From Octopus sinensis (lineage: Eukaryota), in assembly GCF_006345805.1 (NCBI RefSeq), contig NC_042998.1:9858001-9922000 (forward strand): a DNA stretch of 64,000 bases, in the 5' to 3' direction. Position 1 is the stretch's first letter; every line of letters begins with the position of its first letter. Position numbers and translations under genes: made by a program. The notes beneath the pieces were generated by a model. It did not search any database, was not told where the DNA came from, and worked only from the letters and a program-made list of their open reading frames with translations. This document shows, piece after piece, positions 52,081-64,000 of this stretch.

Positions 52081-52831
52081 ATGGGCAGTGGGTGGTGTAG
52101 GCATAAGTGAGTAGATGGAAAATTTGCTTTGCAACCATGTGATACATTGTGGAACTTGGGCAACATTCTTTTACTCTCACTCCTTGAAAGCCAATGCCTT
52201 ATAAAGGAATCTAATTGATGAAAACTGCAGACAGCCTGTTGTATACATGTGTGTGTACATGTCAAAATGTGTTTCAGTGTTTATATATTCTGTGCTTGTC
52301 ACTGTTTGAGTGAAGCAGTGCTCTCATTGACATTGTGACTGATTGCTCTGCACTTCTGAAAGCCTGTCGAATAAAAATATTCCTTACTTGAAAGATATGT
52401 AAAGGGTGGCAACAAGGTAAAAAACACCTGGGTGTAAAATCAACAAATCTCTGTTCAAACCCATGCTATCATGGGCAAAAAAATACAAACAGAAAAAATG
52501 TTTAATAAATGAATATATTATCTGATCATTCATTTTATATCTACTTTTCTATTCTGGTATGAATTAGACAATGACTTACTAAGACACTATTTTATGGCTG
52601 GATCCTGTCCCCAACTCTCACCTGTGCCCTGGCCCCTCTGGCACCTGTGCTGGTGGCACGTAAAAAGCACCCACTACACTCACGGAGTGGTTGGCATTAG
52701 GAAGGGCATCCAGCTATAGAAACACTGCCAGATGAGACTGGAGCCTGGTGCAGCCTCCTGGCTTCCCAGACTCCGGTTGAACCGTCCAACCCATGCTAGC
52801 ATGGAAAAACGGACAGTATCAATACATTATA

Positions 52832-53110
52832 GCGTCGCCACTTTAGAAATTTTCAGCACGCATGTGCAGAGTTGGATTCTTCCAGGAGGCCTGTCGGAAG
52901 TTCCCTCATGCGCATGCGCAGAAACGAGCAGCAGCAAAATTTCTCTCGTTCGGTCTCTCAAACGCTGACAACCAAACAGGATGGACGTGTTTTAGTAGCT
53001 CTCTCAGGCCACCACCCCATGGCGTTGCTACGCTATGCTTGAACGAACAGGATTTGGCTCACTCCACTTGACTACTGTGACGAGCTCCTAGGCTGCCAAT
53101 TCGCTCTGAA
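52832..53110 (+). promoter_or_regulatory. CpG-rich promoter paralogous to locus A, nested in FAAH2 intron 2 (locus B)
   Basis: CGCCACTTTAG 52836-52846; CGCATGTGCA 52859-52868; CGGAAGT 52895-52901; TGCGCATGCGCA 52909-52920; TCT-like TTTCTCTC 52940-52947. Confidence 0.7.
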
Positions 53111-53207
53111 GAAAAATATATATATATTGCGAATCCAGAAATAAAATATTTATGCTGTTGAATTTAATCGGAAGTCTTGTCTCTTTCCTTCGATTAATAT
53201 TTTAATG

Positions 53208-53318
53208 TAAAGGATGAGAGCTGCACCCATCCAGTGTTACAGACCTTTCATCCTGTCACAACATTGTCCGTTTAAATTAGCTGTTAAAGTGTTAACTGCT
53301 GATAAACTGGAAACACTG
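53208..53318 (+). ncRNA. Candidate H/ACA-like small RNA (hairpin, H box, hairpin, ACA)
   Basis: Stem AGGATGAGAG 53211-53220 / CTTTCATCCT 53245-53254; ANANNA box ACAACA 53258-53263; second hairpin 53267-53311; ACA at 53313-53315. Folded by eye; no target found. Confidence 0.4.
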
Positions 53319-53677
53319 ATGATGGATTGGGACCTGTGACATATGCAGTGCATCATGAAGAGTTATACAAGCGAAAGTTATATTTGACAGATAATTATGA
53401 TAAATTGAATGTGATGGTACTCCAGCATGGCTAGAACCACAATATTTAAATGAATTGAAAGCTTGTCGGATATTTTTTTTCAGGTCATGTCAAGGATGGG
53501 GAGTTGGTAGAAAAAGCTAAGAACCACTTTTAGTATATGTTGTTGCATGTTCTCTTTTTTCGGTATATCTCCAACGAGATTGACTTTACATTTCATTTCT
53601 TCAGAACCAGTAAAACAAATAGCAATAATGCAATTAAACATTTTAAATCAAGTTAATGAGCCTAGTTTCTGAAACCT

Positions 53678-54066
53678 TTACTCTTTTACTTGTTTCAGTC
53701 ATTTGACTGCGGCCATGCTGGAGCACCGCCTTTAATCGAACAACTCGACCCCGGGATTTATTCTTTTTTATTTGTAAGCCCAGTACTTATTCTTTTGGTC
53801 TCTTTTGCCGAACCGCTAAGTAACGGGGACATAAACACACCAGCATCGGTTGTCAAGCAATGCTAGGGGGACAAACACAGATTCGCAAACACACACATGC
53901 ATACACATATATACATATATACGACGGGCTTCTTTCAGTTTCCGTCTACCAAATCCACCCGAGGCTATAGTAGAAGACAGTTGCCCAAGGTGCCACACAG
54001 TGGGACTGAACCTGGAACCGTGTGGTTGGTAAACAAGCTACTTACCACACAGCCACTCCTGCGCCT
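53678..54066 (-). mobile_element. SINE family 2
   Basis: Family consensus match with a central deletion. Confidence 0.85.
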
Positions 54067-55341
54067 TTAGTACAATATTCTTTTCTACTCTAGGCACAAG
54101 GCCCAAAATTTTTGGGGAGAAGGGGGGGGGGCAGTTGATTAGATTGACACCAGTATGTAACTGGTACTTAATTTATTGACTCCAAATGGGTGAATGACAA
54201 AGTCGACCTTGGTGGAATTTGAACTCAAAATGTAAAGATAGATGAAGTACCACTAAGCATTTCGCCTGGCATGCTAACATTTCTGGCAGCTTGCCGCCTT
54301 CCTTTAGTACAATATTATCTCTGCTACTCTCATCATTCATTCATTAATTCCTTTGACTTCATTTGAAGCACATGGCATCAACAAGAGATCTCCATCTGAC
54401 TTGATTTTTGGCAATGGATTTCAGTTGTTCCCAGGTATAGCTACCTGTCCTGTATATAATCATAATTTTTGTGGTATTTCTGGGAAGGAAAACATAACCT
54501 AATTAACACCTTTCTGGATTTATGAGAAATTTCTATGAGATTAGTGTAGTTTATACCAGAATGACAAGTTTTAGATTTAACTGACACCTGGTTTAATACC
54601 ATCACCACTGCTACTACCACCACTACTATCAGCACTACCTGGTCCTTTGGCTGTGTTTATCAGAGTTCACTGTGTTGTAAGCATTAAGACCAGGTATTTA
54701 ACATGAAGATAACTCTCTATATTGCTACATGGCTTTCTATTTTAGTAAACCATGAGCTGTAGTTTCTTATTTCTTTACTGCCCACAAGGGGCTACTCACA
54801 GAGGGGACAAATGATTAAGTTGATTATATCAACTCCAGTGCGTAACTGGTACTTATTCAATCAACCTCAAAAGGATGAAAGGCAAAGTTGACCTCGGCGG
54901 AATTTGAACTCAGAACGTAGCAGCAGACGAAATACCACTAAGCATTTCACCCGGCATGCTAACGTTTCTGCCAGCTCGCTGCTTTAAAGTCACCCATGAG
55001 TTGTACTTTCTCTTTTCCTCATGTGTGAGACCCTGCAAAATACCTTGAGTATTGCTCTTCCTCTATAAAATAACAAAAGTCAGTCATTAGTAAAATATGT
55101 TGACATATGGATAAATAAGAATTTATTTCCTAGTTGTTTAAGACCTTTTTTTAGCTTATGTTACACATCATGTAGATAGGCGAAAATACAATTTTATTGA
55201 ATTGATTTTATTGAGAATGAAGGATGGCGGACACCAGAGAAAACGTTTGGAAGAAGCAACCAAAGTAAAAGTAGAAAGCATGATGTATATTTTCCTATTA
55301 TTTAAGAAATGATTACACAGTGTTTAATTATTCTTTTGTAG

Positions 55342-55551
55342 GTATGCCAAACACTTCTGGTTTAGTAGTACGTAAGAATACTATTGCTACAAAAGATGCA
55401 GAAGTGATTGCTAATTTACGCAAGTCTGGTGTCATTCCATACGTAGTGACCAACATAAGTGAGCTCTGCATGTGGTATGAATCAGCTAACAATATATATG
55501 GAAGATCCTGTAATCCTTACGATAATAGGCGCATCGCTGGAGGCAGCTCAG
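55342..55551 (+). CDS. FAAH2: FAAH2 coding exon 3 (GMPNTSGLVVRKN...TNISELCMWYESANNIYGRSCNPYDNRRIAGGSSG), with Ser203
   Basis: Acceptor tttgtag|GT, donor TCAG|gtaaat; 210 nt, phase 1-1; close to human TNCSELCMWYESSNKIYGRSNNPYD...GGSSG. Confidence 0.98.
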
Positions 55552-56179
55552 GTAAATCTTATTTTCTTTCAAATATATTGGATTAAGCCATTGCAAAATC
55601 ATTAAGAAGAACTTGAAATAAATAATTTTAATTTTTGTTTTTTTAATAAATATACATTTTTTGTTATTTAAATATTAAGAGCATGGAATAGTGAATCTAC
55701 AAAAATGCAGTATCAATATCGTTCAGTATTGCAGCTGTGATACCAGTGCTGGTGGCATGTAAGAGAACCATCCGAACGTGGCCGTTGCCAGCGCCGCCCC
55801 GACTGGCCTCGTGCTGGTGGCATGTAAAAAGCACCATCCGATCGTGGCCGTCTGCCAGCCTCGTCTGGCACATAAAAAGCACCCACTACACTCACGGAGT
55901 GGTTGGCGTTAGGAAGGGCATCAAGCTGTAGAAACATTGCCAGATCAGACTGGGCCTGGTGCAGCCTTCGGGCTTCCCAGACCCCGGTTGAACTGTCCAA
56001 CTCATGCTATCATGGAAAACGGACGTTAAACGATGATGATGATGTATTGATATTAAGATACAAGCATGATATCAAATCAGCTTCATTACTCGTACCCTGT
56101 TGCATGGGGGAAAAATTTAAGCTTGTTTATGGAGATTGTTTTACAACCATGCAGGTTGGGATCAGCTCTACTGCACATA

Positions 56180-56930
56180 TACATGTATGCATGCATGCAT
56201 GTATGTATGTATGTGTGTATGTATGTATCTGTGTGTGTGTGTGTGTGTGTGTATGCATGCATGCATGTGTGCATACGTGCATTCATGCATATAAGTGTGC
56301 ACGTATCTATGTGCGCATGTATGTGTGTGTGCATGTATGTATGTATACTGCATATATACATGTATGTATGTATATATGCATGTATGTATGTGTATGTATG
56401 TATGTATGTATACTGCATATATACGTGTATGTATGTATGTATATATGCATGTATGTGTGTATGTATGTATGTATGTATACTGCATATATACGTGTATGTA
56501 TGTATATATGCATGTATGTATGTGTGTATGTATGTATGTATGTATACTGCATATATACGTGTATGTATGTATATATGCATGTATGTATGTGTGTATGTAT
56601 GTATGTATGCATGTATGTATGTGTGTATGTATGTATGTATGTATGTATACTGCATATATACGTGTATGTATGTATGTATGCATGTATGTATGTGTGTATG
56701 TATGTATGTATGTATGTATGTATGTGTGTATGTATGTATGTATGTATACTGCATATATACGTGTATGTATGTATATATGCATGTATGTATGTGTGTATGT
56801 ATGTATGCATGCATGCATGTATGTATGCATGCATGCATGCATGTATGTATGTATGTATGTATGTATGTATGTATGTATGTATGTATGTATGTATGTATGT
56901 ATGCATGTATGTATGTGTGTATGTATGTAT
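56180..56930. repeat. (TATG)n array with a higher-order unit
   Basis: tatactgcatatatac(g/a)tg recurs about every 52-68 nt. Confidence 0.9.
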
Positions 56931-57109
56931 GTTCATTCGTTCATTCTGTTTTTTAATTATTATAAATCTTCCATTGAGCCGGTTTCCGACAAAGATACAA
57001 GACTCCTTCTTTGGGATGTAGTTAACACAGACTGTTCCACTCACAGATTGAACTTGTAATGTTTGAATCAGCTGATCAGTTTCTCTTTCTGAAAATCCCA
57101 GTTTATCCA

Positions 57110-57420
57110 GATTCTCCTTTAAGCATTTACTAACAAAACCTAGTGCTTCAATTATTATTGGGGTATGAATATGAATTCATAGTCTGGATATAGAATCTGG
57201 AGGTTTCAAAGCAGTTGTCCATAGATATGCTCAAAGAGATATTTATATCTGAAGGGCAGCTAACCTCTCTGATGTCATATACCTTTGCCCCTCTGTCCCA
57301 AACAACAATATCCAGCCTGTTATACTTACATTTGACAGAAGTTTTGATGGGAATATTCCACCAGTATCCCATTGATAGAAAATGGTTGAAAAACCACTGG
57401 ATTAGATGAACATGGGCCAG
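57110..57420 (-). mobile_element. R4/NeSL-like endonuclease relic in FAAH2 intron 3
   Basis: YWWNIPIKTSVKCKYNRLDIVVWD...EVSCPSDINIS. Confidence 0.65.
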
Positions 57421-57825
57421 TATCCTGTACTTAGTGGAGGCACATGGCCTAGTGGTTAGAGCAGCGGACTCGCAGTCGAGGGATCACGGGTTCGAATCTC
57501 ATACCGGGCAATGTATGTGTTTATGAGCGAAAACACCTAAACTCCACGTGGCTCCGGCAGAAGGTAATGGTGAACTTCTGCTGACTCTTTCGCCACAACT
57601 TTCTCTCACTCTTTCCTCCTGCATCTTGCTGCTCACCTGTGACGGACCGGCGTCCCGTCCAGGCTGCGAACCTATACGCCAAGGAAACCGGGAAACCGGC
57701 CCTTGTGAGCCAGGCATGGCTCGAGAAGGAACAGTATCCTGTACTTAAACATCACAGCCACTGTGCTACATTATATGTTATATTTCAAAATTGACTCTTC
57801 TGTTTTTTCATTCCCTATTGTTTAG

Positions 57826-57945
57826 GTGGTGAGGGTTGTCTGATTGGCTCTGGGGCTTCAATTATTGGAGTCGGCTCGGATATCGGCGGCAGTATTCGTA
57901 TACCATCGTTTTTTAATGGAATTTTTGGTCATAAGCCATCTACAG
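57826..57945 (+). CDS. FAAH2: FAAH2 coding exon 4 ([41 protein letters not shown]), with nucleophile Ser227
   Basis: Acceptor tgtttag|GT, donor ACAG|gtaaat; 120 nt, phase 1-1; amidase signature GSDIGGSIR. Confidence 0.98.
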
Positions 57946-58083
57946 GTAAATAGACTCTGCTTTATCATCAGTTGTTTCTCTGTGTGTTCCTGTGTGTGTG
58001 TAGCTATTGAAATATTAATTGAAAAATTGAGAATTCTTCTTTTTACAAAATCTTTGTGCCTAAAGTAGAAAAGATTTATTATT

Positions 58084-59260
58084 AGGCGCAGGAGTGGCTG
58101 TGTGGTAAGTAGCTTGCTAACCAACCACATGGTTTTGGGTTCAGTCCCACTGCGTGGCATCTTGGGCAAGTGTCTTCTGCTATAGCCTCGGGCCGACCAA
58201 TGCCTTGTGAGTGGATTTGGTAGATGGAAACTGAAAGAAGCCTGTCGTATATATGTATATATATATATGTGTGTGTATCTGTGTTTGTCCCCCTAGCATT
58301 ACTTGACAACCGATGCTGGTGTGTTTACGTCCCCGTCACTTAGCGGTTCAGCAAAAAAGACCGATAGAATAAGTGCTGGGCTTACAAAGAATAAGTTCCG
58401 GGGTCGATTTGCTCGACTAAAGGCGTGCTCCAGCATGGTCGCAGTCAAATGACTGAAACGAGTAAAAGAGTAACTAAACTGTTTGTGACACCCCAATATG
58501 GCTGCAGTCCAAAAACTAAAACAAGTAAAAAAAAAAAAAAGGATAAAAGATTAACTTGACAGGTCATTAGAAAGTAACTGGATATATATCTGGGATCCCT
58601 CACATTATAAAAACTCTGGTTTCTGTTAAAAAAGTGACTGCATTGGTTGTTTTTTTTTTCTTTCTGAAAATATTCTGTTGGAATGCATCATAATTTATAA
58701 CAGAATTCAGTGGGCAAATTGGTTTTCTGTCATGAAATGCCATTCCAAAGCAAAGTTTTCAGGAATACAACTCTTCTGTAATGTGTTTGTGAGTGTGGGG
58801 TTTTGTTGTAACTGGTTAAAAGTCTTTCCTGGCATGTTTTTAGGCAGACATACACAGTTAGGTGCAGGAGTGGCTGTGTGGTAAGTAGCTTGATTACCAA
58901 CCACATGGTTCCGGGTTCAGTCCCACTGCGTGGCACCTTGGGCAAGTGTCTTCTACTATAGCCTCGGGCCGACCAAAGTCTTGTGAGTGGATTTGGTAGA
59001 CGGAAACTGAAAGAAGCCTGTCGTATATATGTATATATATATATATGCGTGTGTGTGTTTGTGTGTCTGTGTTTGTCCCCCTAGCATTGCTTGACAACCG
59101 ATGCTGGTGTGTTTATGTCCCCGTTACTAAGCGGTTCGGCAAAAAGAGACCGATAGAATAAGTACTGGGCTTACAAAGAATAAGTCCCGGGGTCAAGTTG
59201 CTCGATTAAAGGCGGTGCTCCAGCATGGCCACAGTCAAATGACTGAAACAAGTAAAGAGA
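58084..59260 (+). mobile_element. Two SINE family 2 copies (58084-58472, 58860-59260)
   Basis: Family consensus match. Confidence 0.85.
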
Positions 59261-59445
59261 AAAAAAGAGTTAACTATTAAGTAATGGGTTCAATTCACTC
59301 CATTTTGGTCCAGTAGCTGGTCTGACCTATGCAAGCATTGAAAAATGTACATTAAAGCAATGATGAGGATGGCTAATTCATTTCCCCTTTTTATTTTTTC
59401 CCAATGCATTCTATATTTATTTATGCTACAAAATTCTGTTTCTAG

Positions 59446-59600
59446 GAATCGTCTCAAATGACGGCCAATTTCCTAATGCAAGTGGCCAGCAGAAAGAACT
59501 TTTGTGTGTAGGACCCATGTGTCGATATGCAGAGGATCTCAAACCAATGTTACGCATCATGGCTGGAGAAAATGCCAAGAAACTCAAACTTGATGAACCT
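59446..59600 (+). CDS. FAAH2: FAAH2 coding exon 5 (GIVSNDGQFPNASGQQKELLCVGPMCRYAEDLKPMLRIMAGENAKKLKLDEP)
   Basis: Acceptor gtttctag|GA, donor CCT|gtaatt; 155 nt, phase 1 to 0; GPMCRYAEDL identical to human FAAH2. Confidence 0.97.
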
Positions 59601-61651
59601 GTAATTTATTTTTCATTGACTTTTTTTATAAATCGTGCATCTATTATTTTTAATTATGTTTGTATATAAATTTGTTATAACAATTAGAAAACAAGAATTG
59701 CCCTAATTAGAAATAGTAAGCTTTCTTGCTGATAGCATTTTTGAAAAATCATTCTGAAATTTTTTCGAATGAAAAGATTTTTTCAAAACAATGATAATTT
59801 TTTCTAAATGTATTATTTATTTTATCAAGCATTAGTGTGATAGAATGAGGGTGCATGGCTCAGTGGCAAGGGCATTGGGCTCACAGTCATGAGATAGCGA
59901 GTTCAATTCCCGAACTGAGCTGTGTGTTGTGTTCTTGAGCAAGACACTTTATTTTACATTGCTGCAGTTCATTCAGCTGTAGAAATGAGTTGTGATGCCA
60001 CTGGTGCCAAGCTCCCATGACCTTTGCCTTTCCCTTGGATAACACCAGTGGCATGGAGGGGGAGGCTAGTACACATGGGCGATTGCTGGTCTTCTATAAA
60101 CAACCTTACCTGTGCCTTGGAGGTAATTTTCTAAGGACAATCCCATGGTTGTTATTATTGAAGGGGATTTTTACCCTAGTGTGATAGAGTAACTTGCTTA
60201 ACCTCTTATAAATAGAAATATCTTACAATAATTTCTCAACCCTTCTAACCTCAGATTTTTGGAAAATGAACTTATGATGTTCATGCATTTCCCATGAACA
60301 TTAGTGGAGTTAGTAAAATAGTTAAGACTGCAAGTTGAACCTGGGGCACAATTTTGGTTCACCCGGAGCTTACTCATGGGGTTAACACACAGTTCCTATA
60401 GGAACCTCTACATCAGAGGCTGTCAGGTTTTTTTTTCTTGTTTTTTTTTTTACTTTACAGTACACAGTAGACTGAATAAAAAATTACTGGAGAACTTTGT
60501 ATAGAAAGCTAAAAGGACTGTTTTAAAGTTTAAAATTTAGAAATATTACAGAAAATCTATTGCTAAACTTGTTTCACTAAACCTTTAGTGTTCAGATTAC
60601 TTTGTCACGTGTAATCCTTCCTTATTCACATTGTTTTGAATTAATCTCTTAGCTTTGACATTTTGATGATGTGGTTGTTTATGTTTAGTATGTGACAGGC
60701 TGGATCTGATCAGTTTGAGCATAAAACAAGTAAACTATTTGGGCCAGATGTGGCTGGTTTAAATGGTAAACGGTTAATCATGCTTGTGTGAAACATAAGC
60801 TTGATGCTCTTGGGTGATTTACTTTCAATCTTAAGAATCATGTGCAATAAACAGACTCTTTATTTCTTGTTCAATGCACTGAATAGTTTATCATCATCAT
60901 CATCATCGTTTAATGTCTGCTTTCCATGCTGGCATGAGTTGGACGATTTGACTGAGGTCTGGTGAACCAGATGGCTGCACCAGACTCCAATCTGATCTGG
61001 CAGAGTTTCTACAGCTGGATGCCTTTCCTAACATCAACCACTCCAATAGTGTAGTGGGTGCTTTTACATGCCACCGGCACGAGGGCCAGTCAGGCGGTAC
61101 TTGCAACATCCACGCTCGAATGGTGCTTTTTATGTGCCACCTGCACAGGAGCCAGCCCAGCGACACTGGCAACGACCTTGCTTGAATGTTTTTTTCACGT
61201 GCCACCAACACAAGTGCCAGTAAGGCGACGCAAGTAATGATCACGCTTGAATGGTGCTTTTTGTATTTCTTTTTATATTTTAGCCTTTAATGTTGGTCAG
61301 TGAAAAAAAACCCATCTCATGTTTGTATGATATTGAAAACTGAATTTTCTGATCCACTACCCTAATATCTTAATGTTACTTTCAACTGTATTGGCACAAG
61401 CCTCAATTTTTTGGTGATGGTGGGTATTTGACTATATTGACCACCGCACTTGACCGGGATTCCATTTGATTGACCTATAGCTGTTTGTAAAGCAGGGACA
61501 ACCTTCGCAGATTGTCAGAATGAAAAGGGCTACAGTTGCAAGATATTTTGTCAAACTAGTGATTTTGCCAATTATTTGCAGTAAAAAATCATATTCATTC
61601 AGGTTTACAGATTCTGTTTTGTTTACGCATTTAATATATTTCTTTTTTTAG

Positions 61652-61750
61652 GTTGACTTGGAAAAATTGAAAATCTATTATATGGATAATGATGAAGGAG
61701 GTTTATTTTCAAGCTCTGTCCAACCTGAAATGAAAAAAGCAGTTCACAAA
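61652..61750 (+). CDS. FAAH2: FAAH2 coding exon 6 (VDLEKLKIYYMDNDEGGLFSSSVQPEMKKAVHK); gene continues beyond the window
   Basis: Acceptor tttttttag|GTT, donor AAA|gtaaga; 99 nt, phase 0-0; aligns to human VHLKDLKFYWMEHDGG. Confidence 0.93.
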
Positions 61751-61945
61751 GTAAGACAGAATTACATTTAATTTTCTCCTTTATTCATTACTTATAAATA
61801 GTCAACTGAATTGAATTCAGTTGACTATTTATACTTTCCTTGCCTCTTACATCATTAAACAATGCATCACAGACAGTGGATGTGGATTATGGTATATCAA
61901 CAGTGTTCACTTGATAATGTTCTGTAGATTATCTCACAGTCGGTT

Positions 61946-62310
61946 ACGACGATGACGGTCTCAGCTGATACGATCAACGGAACAGCTTGCTCATGGAATT
62001 AACGTGCAAGTGGCTGAGCACTCCACAGACATGTCTACCCTTAACGTAGTTCTCGAGGAGATTCAGCATGACACAGAGTGTGACAAGGCCGGCCCTTTGA
62101 AATACAGGTACAACAGAAACAGGAAGAAAGAGTGAGAGAAAGTTGTGGTGAAAGAGTACAGCAGGGATCACCACCACCCCCTGCAGGAGCCTCGTGAAGC
62201 ATTAGGTGTTTTCGCTCAATAAACACTCACAATGCCCGGTCTGGGAATTGAAACCGCGATCCTACGACCGCGAGTCCGCTGCCCTAACCACTGGGCCATT
62301 GCGCCTCCAT
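61946..62310 (-). mobile_element. SINE family 4
   Basis: Reverse complement of 6056-6351 plus 6602-6672. Confidence 0.8.
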
Positions 62311-62399
62311 CTCACAGCCTAAGTTCATTGAGGTAAACGTGATTGAGGCTGTATGTGTTCTACCTGTATATACCCTGGCTTTATGATAGTTATTTCTAT

Positions 62400-63900
62400 T
62401 TTTATGTGTTAATTTGGGAGACGAAGAGGACCATTATGTAGGTCAACATCTACAGAGAAAGTGGGATGAGGAGAGGTATCCAGAGGCTCGATGTTTTGAG
62501 GAGCCAGAATTAAGCAATGTGGTCAGTGCAAATATAGGGAATGACACTTACAGGGTTGATGTGAGGAGGAGGGATCAATGGGCCTGGGAAGATGCAGTGT
62601 ACAACCAGCTATTTCATAGGAAACTAAACTGTTGAAGCTACAGTAGAATAGGCAGGGAAGAAACAGCATGTCTCTGATCCAGAAATTGTAATGAGTCTAT
62701 AGTAATCCCTCGTGTGGCTTCTTTTAGATGTGGTCTAGGATGTTTGAGTGAATAGCAGCAATAGCATCACAAATATAGGAGCATTGTTGCCTTTAACTTT
62801 GTAAGGGGTCAGCAGTTGATCAGAGCTGAAGTATTTTCTAGCCCTGAAGAGTAAGGCTTTGAGATACAGATTTTACTATATTATGCATGTAAGATTGATT
62901 AGAAGGATCATCTGAAATCAAAAGACCCAGCATTTATGGTAACTTTAAGGGTTTTAGTTGTGTTTTATCCAAGACTGGAGGGGTTGAGGTATTTGATTGT
63001 TTCATTGAAATGTGCAGTGATTATGTCCTTGTGTTGAAAAAAGGCATGACCCTATTGAGGCCCCTTTTCATGGAGTTAGCACAGACTTGAGCAGTGTTTA
63101 GGTTGCATGTGAATGACAACTGTATGCAGAAAATTAAGGAGTGAAGGGTAGTGTCACCTGCATATAGTTTGCCAAATCCTTTAAGAGCAAAAGACCATTC
63201 ATTGGTAACATAGGAAAGTAGATCTCCAGTAGATCTGGGTCTACAGAGGTATTACTGGTGGTCATTGAGGAGGCTAAGAGCTCATGATATTGGAGAAGGA
63301 GATTGTTATTGAGTGTTTTAGATGTTGGAAATGAGAGCTATTGCTTGATAGGTGGAAGGATCAGAGATCCCTGGAGAAAGAGAGAAGTTAAAGAGTTTAG
63401 TGTGAAGTGGGGCTTGTTCTGATGGGCAGTATTTCAAAGTAATGGAAGGGATATCATTAGGGTTGGTAATATTATCAGCTTGAGGTAACTGAAGGTATTT
63501 TGCATGTGGTATATAACTATACATGATAGCGAAACTGGTGGAATGATGATTTTGTCACCTGTTTAACTGTTTCATATGAATCAAGACTGAAGTACATTTG
63601 CTGCCAGGTGTAGCTAACATAAGGTGGTGAGCTGGCAGAAACGTTAGCACGCCGGGTGAAATGCGTAGCCGTATTTCGTCTGCCGTTACGTTCTGAGGTC
63701 AAATTCCGCCGAGGTCGACTTTGCCTTTCATCCTTTCGGGGTCGATAAATTAAGTACCAGTTACGCACTGGGGTCGATGTAATCGACTTAATACCCATAT
63801 CTGTCCTTGTTTGTCCCCTCTGTGTTTAGCCCCTTGTGGGTAATAAAGAAATAGGTGTAGCTAACATAAAACTTGTGGAATTCTGATGAGCCAATCTGAA
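62400..63900 (-). mobile_element. Decayed CR1/Jockey-like LINE relic
   Basis: PNDIPSITLKYCPSEQAPLHTKLFNFSLSPGI, resembling the GPD.IP..VLK.C..ELAP.L.KLF..SL motif. Confidence 0.6.
63623..63852 (+). mobile_element. SINE family 1
   Basis: 17-bp TSD AGGTGTAGCTAACATAA at 63606-63622 and 63853-63869; older copies at about 14605-14770, 17130-17310, 28440-28650, 36165-36370, 54075-54300, 54770-54985. Confidence 0.9.
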
Positions 63901-64000
63901 GTGCTACAGACTTTATGAGGTTGTTGTCCAGTATTTGGATGGGTTGGATGGTTTAACAGAAATCAATGTGCCAGAGGACTTTGCTAAGCTCAAAATATGA

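Noticed and set aside
63920-64000. Possible FAAH2 exon 7 (VVVQYLDGLDG..., loosely like human VVVHLETILG)
   Set aside because: No polypyrimidine tract, in-frame TGA at 63998-64000, and it lies in a minus-strand LINE relic; the true exon is probably beyond the window

Overview
AT-rich, microsatellite- and transposon-dense eukaryotic DNA. The SINE/LINE families look like those I know from Octopus, so an octopod cephalopod is likely; this is inference. One protein-coding gene is clear: FAAH2 (fatty-acid amide hydrolase 2, amidase-signature family) on the + strand. Six GT-AG coding exons lie at 47638-61750 (329 codons, intact Lys128/Ser203/Ser227 triad) and the gene continues past the window end. 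Its ATG exon is preceded by a splice acceptor, so an upstream non-coding exon is implied (candidates at about 22.75 kb and 25.1 kb). Most of the rest is repeats: at least three tRNA-headed SINE families, RTE, CR1-like and R4/Dong-like LINE relics, a dead mariner with a nested long inverted-repeat element, a short Helitron, a hAT relic, two LTR relatives, MITE-like palindromes and two SINE-bounded tandem duplications. The most unusual signal is a pair of paralogous CpG-rich promoter modules about 43 kb apart in opposite orientation (9.2-9.76 kb on minus; 52.83-53.32 kb on plus, inside FAAH2 intron 2). They share YY1-like, NRF1-like, ETS and perfect NRF1 blocks in the same order, then a TCT/5'TOP-like start, only tiny ORFs, and hairpins with H/ACA-like geometry. 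This suggests an unannotated family of structured non-coding RNA or snoRNA-host genes. Nearly all long ORFs in the supplied track are microsatellite artefacts. All alignments and folds were done by eye.
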